The position numbers were made by a program, and so were the translations under genes. 64,000 bases of DNA from Planctomycetota bacterium (lineage in GTDB: Bacteria > Planctomycetota > GCA-002687715 > CAIWVZ01). The notes under the pieces were generated by a model that had not been told where the DNA came from, made no database searches, and saw nothing but the letters and a program-made list of their open reading frames with translations. Shown in pieces: positions 60,940 through 64,000 of this stretch (positions are counted from its first letter, which is position 1; each line of letters begins with the position of its first letter). The stretch is taken from the NCBI GenBank assembly GCA_044222185.1, contig JBGANV010000001.1, positions 64,001 to 128,000 of the forward strand, read 5' to 3'.

Positions 60940-62728
60940 ACTGGAGACGGTGGAGGCGGGCGTAGAGCCCGTTGCGCTCGATCAATTCGCCGTGCGAGCC
61001 GTCCTCGATCAGTTCGCCGTGGTGCAGGACGAGGATTCGGTCCGCCTTGCGGATCGTCGACAGGCGATGGGCGATGATCAGCGACGTCCGGCCTTCGAGC
61101 AGGCGATCGAGCGCTTTCTGGACGAGGCGTTCGGACTCGGTGTCGATGCTCGCCGTAGCTTCGTCGAGCACCAGAACCGCAGGCTCGTGTGCCAACGTGC
61201 GGGCGAAGGAGACGAGTTGTTTCTCACCGGTCGACAGCGTGGCTCCGCGTTCCATCACCGGAGCATCCAGGCCGCCCAGGCGACGGATGACGCCTCCGGC
61301 CTGAACCGCGTCCGACGCCGCCAACAGCCGTTCGTCCGGGATGGTCGTGTCGCCGATGCTGAGGTTCTCGCGAAGCGTCCCCGCGAAGAGGAACACATCC
61401 TGGAGCACGACGCCGATTCGGCGGCGCAGGCTCGATGGGTCGAGCGTGCGGATGTCGACCCCGTCCAGGAGGATCCGACCCTCGTCGGGATCGTAGAAGC
61501 GCATCAGGAGGTTCACGATCGTCGACTTGCCAGAGCCGGTCGGGCCCACGAGAGCGATGCGCTGCCCTGGGAGTGCTTCGAAGCTGACCTTCTTCAGCAC
61601 CTTCTTGCGGCCGTCGTAGGTGAAGCTCACGTCCTCGAAGCGGATGTGGCCGCGGGACGTGTCGATCTTCGGAGCGTCGGTGCGAACGTCGAGTGTCTCC
61701 GGATCGTCGAGCACTCGGAAAATGCGCTCCGCTGCAGCCATCGCGGCCTGGAGGACGTTGAACTTGTCTGCAAGCTGGCGAAGCGGCTCGATGAACTGGC
61801 TGAAGAGCATCCAGAACAGGACCAGGTCACCACGCTGGATCCGGCCGCCCAACAGGAGCTCGTTGGCCGAGAGGACGATGGCCATCTGCCCGAGCACGGA
61901 GAGGATCTCCATTCCGGGGTAGAAGAGACTGTAGTTCCCCACGGTCTCGACGTGGGCCTCGCGGAGGTCGTCGTTCGATTCGATGAACGCCGCCTTCATC
62001 TTCGTTTCGCGACGGAACGCCTGGATGACGCGAATGCCCGTGATGGACTCGTTCAGGAAGGTGTTGAGTGCCGTGATCTTCTCTCGGACCAGCCTGAAAA
62101 GGCGACGTGCCTGGCGCTGGAACCAGAACGACCAGGCCGCGATGAACGGCACGACCGCGAGCGTCACGAGCGCCATGTGCCAGTCGACCCAGAACATGAT
62201 CGCGACGATGATCAGGATCTTCGCGAGGTCGTAGAAGACCATGTCGATGCCCGACGTGAACAGCTCGTTCAGGCTCTCCACGTCGTTCGTCGTGCGCGTC
62301 ACGAGCTTTCCGACCGGGTTGCGGTCGAAGAACCGGAGGCTTCGCGTCGTGATGTGACGGAACAGCGCGATGCGAAGGTCGTGGATGACTCGTTGTCCGG
62401 TTTGGTTGATCACACGCAGCTGGAGGAACCGGCAAAGGAACAGAATCGCGCCGATGGCACCCAAGGCGAGGGCGCCGCGGACGACCCCCGCCCGGGCATC
62501 CTCGGTACTCAGGACGGGCCCCATCGGCGCGGCCGCGCTGCGCGCGGGAAGATAGGTGTCGATCGTGTGGCGGATCACGAGCGGGATCGCCAGGCTCAAC
62601 GCCGACAGGAGCAGGAGAAGCAGGACGGACGCGAAGAACGCACGGCGATAGGGAACCGCGAACCGGAGCACGCGGCGCAGGAGCGGACGGCTGAACGCCT
62701 TGCCGGAAGCCTCGTCGCCGCTGGCCAT
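60929..62728 (-). CDS. ABC exporter, fused permease/ATPase (MdlB-like half)
   Basis: Six-TM domain, GPTGSGKST, LSTGEKQ, LVLDEAT, IAHRLST. Confidence 0.95.
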   Translation of the reverse strand: MASGDEASGKAFSRPLLRRVLRFAVPYRRAFFASVLLLLLLSALSLAIPLVIRHTIDTYLPARSAAAPMGPVLSTEDARAGVVRGALALGAIGAILFLCRFLQLRVINQTGQRVIHDLRIALFRHITTRSLRFFDRNPVGKLVTRTTNDVESLNELFTSGIDMVFYDLAKILIIVAIMFWVDWHMALVTLAVVPFIAAWSFWFQRQARRLFRLVREKITALNTFLNESITGIRVIQAFRRETKMKAAFIESNDDLREAHVETVGNYSLFYPGMEILSVLGQMAIVLSANELLLGGRIQRGDLVLFWMLFSQFIEPLRQLADKFNVLQAAMAAAERIFRVLDDPETLDVRTDAPKIDTSRGHIRFEDVSFTYDGRKKVLKKVSFEALPGQRIALVGPTGSGKSTIVNLLMRFYDPDEGRILLDGVDIRTLDPSSLRRRIGVVLQDVFLFAGTLRENLSIGDTTIPDERLLAASDAVQAGGVIRRLGGLDAPVMERGATLSTGEKQLVSFARTLAHEPAVLVLDEATASIDTESERLVQKALDRLLEGRTSLIIAHRLSTIRKADRILVLHHGELIEDGSHGELIERNGLYARLHRLQFKL

Positions 62729-64000
62729 CAGTCGGCTCCCATTTCTGCTTCGAGTTCCTGCAGGCGTGCAAGCTCGGCGTACAACCCGCTGCCTTGCAGC
62801 AGTTCGTCGTGAGTGCCCTTCTCGACGATTCGTCCTTCGTCGAGAACGATCACCTGATCCATCTGCGCCATGGCGGCCAGGCGATGTGAGATCACGATCG
62901 TCGTTCGGGCCTTCATGACGTCACGGAGCGAGCCCAGGATGCGAGCCTCCGTTTCCGTGTCGACGGCCGAGAGACAGTCGTCGAGGATGAGGATCGGTGC
63001 GTCGATGGCGAGCGCCCGTGCGATGGCCGTCCGCTGACGTTGCCCGCCGGACAACGTGACGCCGCGCTCGCCCACGAGGGTCTTCAGCCCGTCGGGGAAC
63101 GTCGCGATGGCCTCGTCGAGCGCCGATTGATGGACGCACCTGGCGATCGCGACGGGATCGGGATCGTCGACGCCGAACGTCACGTTTTCTTCGATCGTCT
63201 GCGAGAACAGGAAGGTCTCCTGGGGAACGATGGCGATCGCGGCTCGGAGCGCCGACAGGTCCCAGCGCCGGACATCCACGCCGTCCACGAGGACGGTCTC
63301 GGGCTGTGGGTCCAGGAGTCGTGGGATCAGGTTCGCGATCGTCGTCTTGCCACTTCCGGTGCGGCCGACGATCCCCAACGAAGTACCCGCCGGAATGACG
63401 ATGGACACGTCGCGGATCACGGGTTCCGACGCCGTGGCGTGGCGGAACGTCAAGTTCCGCAACTCGACGTCGCCGCGGGCGCGAGCGATCGTCACGGGCG
63501 TTCCGACGGGCACGATCTCAGGCTTCTCGCCGCGTAGCGTTTCCAGCCGACTCTCGGAGGCCTGCGCGCGCTGCCAGAGGCTCATCACCCAGCCGACCGC
63601 GATCATGGGCCAGACGAGCATCTGCAGGTAGGCGATGAACGAGAGGAACGCGCCGAGGGTCATCGATCCGTCGATCACCTGCCAGCCGCCGATCAACAGG
63701 ACGACCGTGAGGATTGCGCCGCCTCCCATCTCGATGGCGCAACTCAGCAGCGCGCGGACCTTCGCGAGGCGAACGTTCAGTGCGGCGTACTTGTCGGAGG
63801 TCCCGCGGAACCGCTCCTCCTCGTCGCGCTCCCGACCGAAGGCCTTGATCACGCGTGCGCCAGAGAAGCTCTCTTGTACACGAGTCGAGATCTCTCCCTG
63901 CTCCTCCTGCACGCGGAGCGACAGGTCGTGAAGGTCCCTCAGGAGCTTCTTCAGCCCGAGGAACATTGCGGCGATGGGGATGATCGCGGCTCCCGTCAGT
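62728..64000 (-). CDS. ABC exporter, fused permease/ATPase (MdlA-like half; N-terminus outside the window)
   Basis: GRTGSGKTT, LSGGQRQR, ILDDCLSAVD, SHR; stop overlaps the partner's ATG. Confidence 0.93.
   Translation of the reverse strand, partial: LTGAAIIPIAAMFLGLKKLLRDLHDLSLRVQEEQGEISTRVQESFSGARVIKAFGRERDEEERFRGTSDKYAALNVRLAKVRALLSCAIEMGGGAILTVVLLIGGWQVIDGSMTLGAFLSFIAYLQMLVWPMIAVGWVMSLWQRAQASESRLETLRGEKPEIVPVGTPVTIARARGDVELRNLTFRHATASEPVIRDVSIVIPAGTSLGIVGRTGSGKTTIANLIPRLLDPQPETVLVDGVDVRRWDLSALRAAIAIVPQETFLFSQTIEENVTFGVDDPDPVAIARCVHQSALDEAIATFPDGLKTLVGERGVTLSGGQRQRTAIARALAIDAPILILDDCLSAVDTETEARILGSLRDVMKARTTIVISHRLAAMAQMDQVIVLDEGRIVEKGTHDELLQGSGLYAELARLQELEAEMGAD

Noticed and set aside
60764-62812. 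682-aa plus-strand ORF
   Set aside because: Antisense shadow of the ABC transporter.

Overview
High-GC bacterial chromosomal window, most likely from a deep-branching Planctomycetota lineage (16S signatures AGGGTTTGATCC, GGCTTAGGCATGCAAGTC and GGCTGCAGTCGAGAATC; short PheT). It is mostly core genome. It holds a translation cluster (aspS, thrS-infC-rpmI-rplT-pheS-pheT) followed by a probable 6S RNA, three adjacent secreted zinc metalloproteases (M12A, M10, M13) and an L,D-transpeptidase. Next is an 11-subunit complex I-like operon (nuoABCDHIJKLMN, no nuoEFG) that runs on into a ferritin-like protein, an IT-superfamily Na+/H+ antiporter-like gene and an MBL hydrolase. A complete 16S-tRNAIle-tRNAAla-23S-5S operon is followed by a 14-bp tandem array with an IS66 relic, then lexA, nadB, hflX, a Ser/Thr kinase, an SNase-GH113 fusion, an aminotransferase, an MFS transporter, an M50-like protein and an ABC exporter pair. 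The best candidate for an undescribed system is the complex I-like operon. Its NuoL has a 26-residue duplication in the transverse helix, a feature associated with two-NuoM complexes, but only one nuoM is present. NuoL, NuoM and the co-encoded antiporter also carry large soluble insertions. All calls come from motif reading only; no database searches were run.
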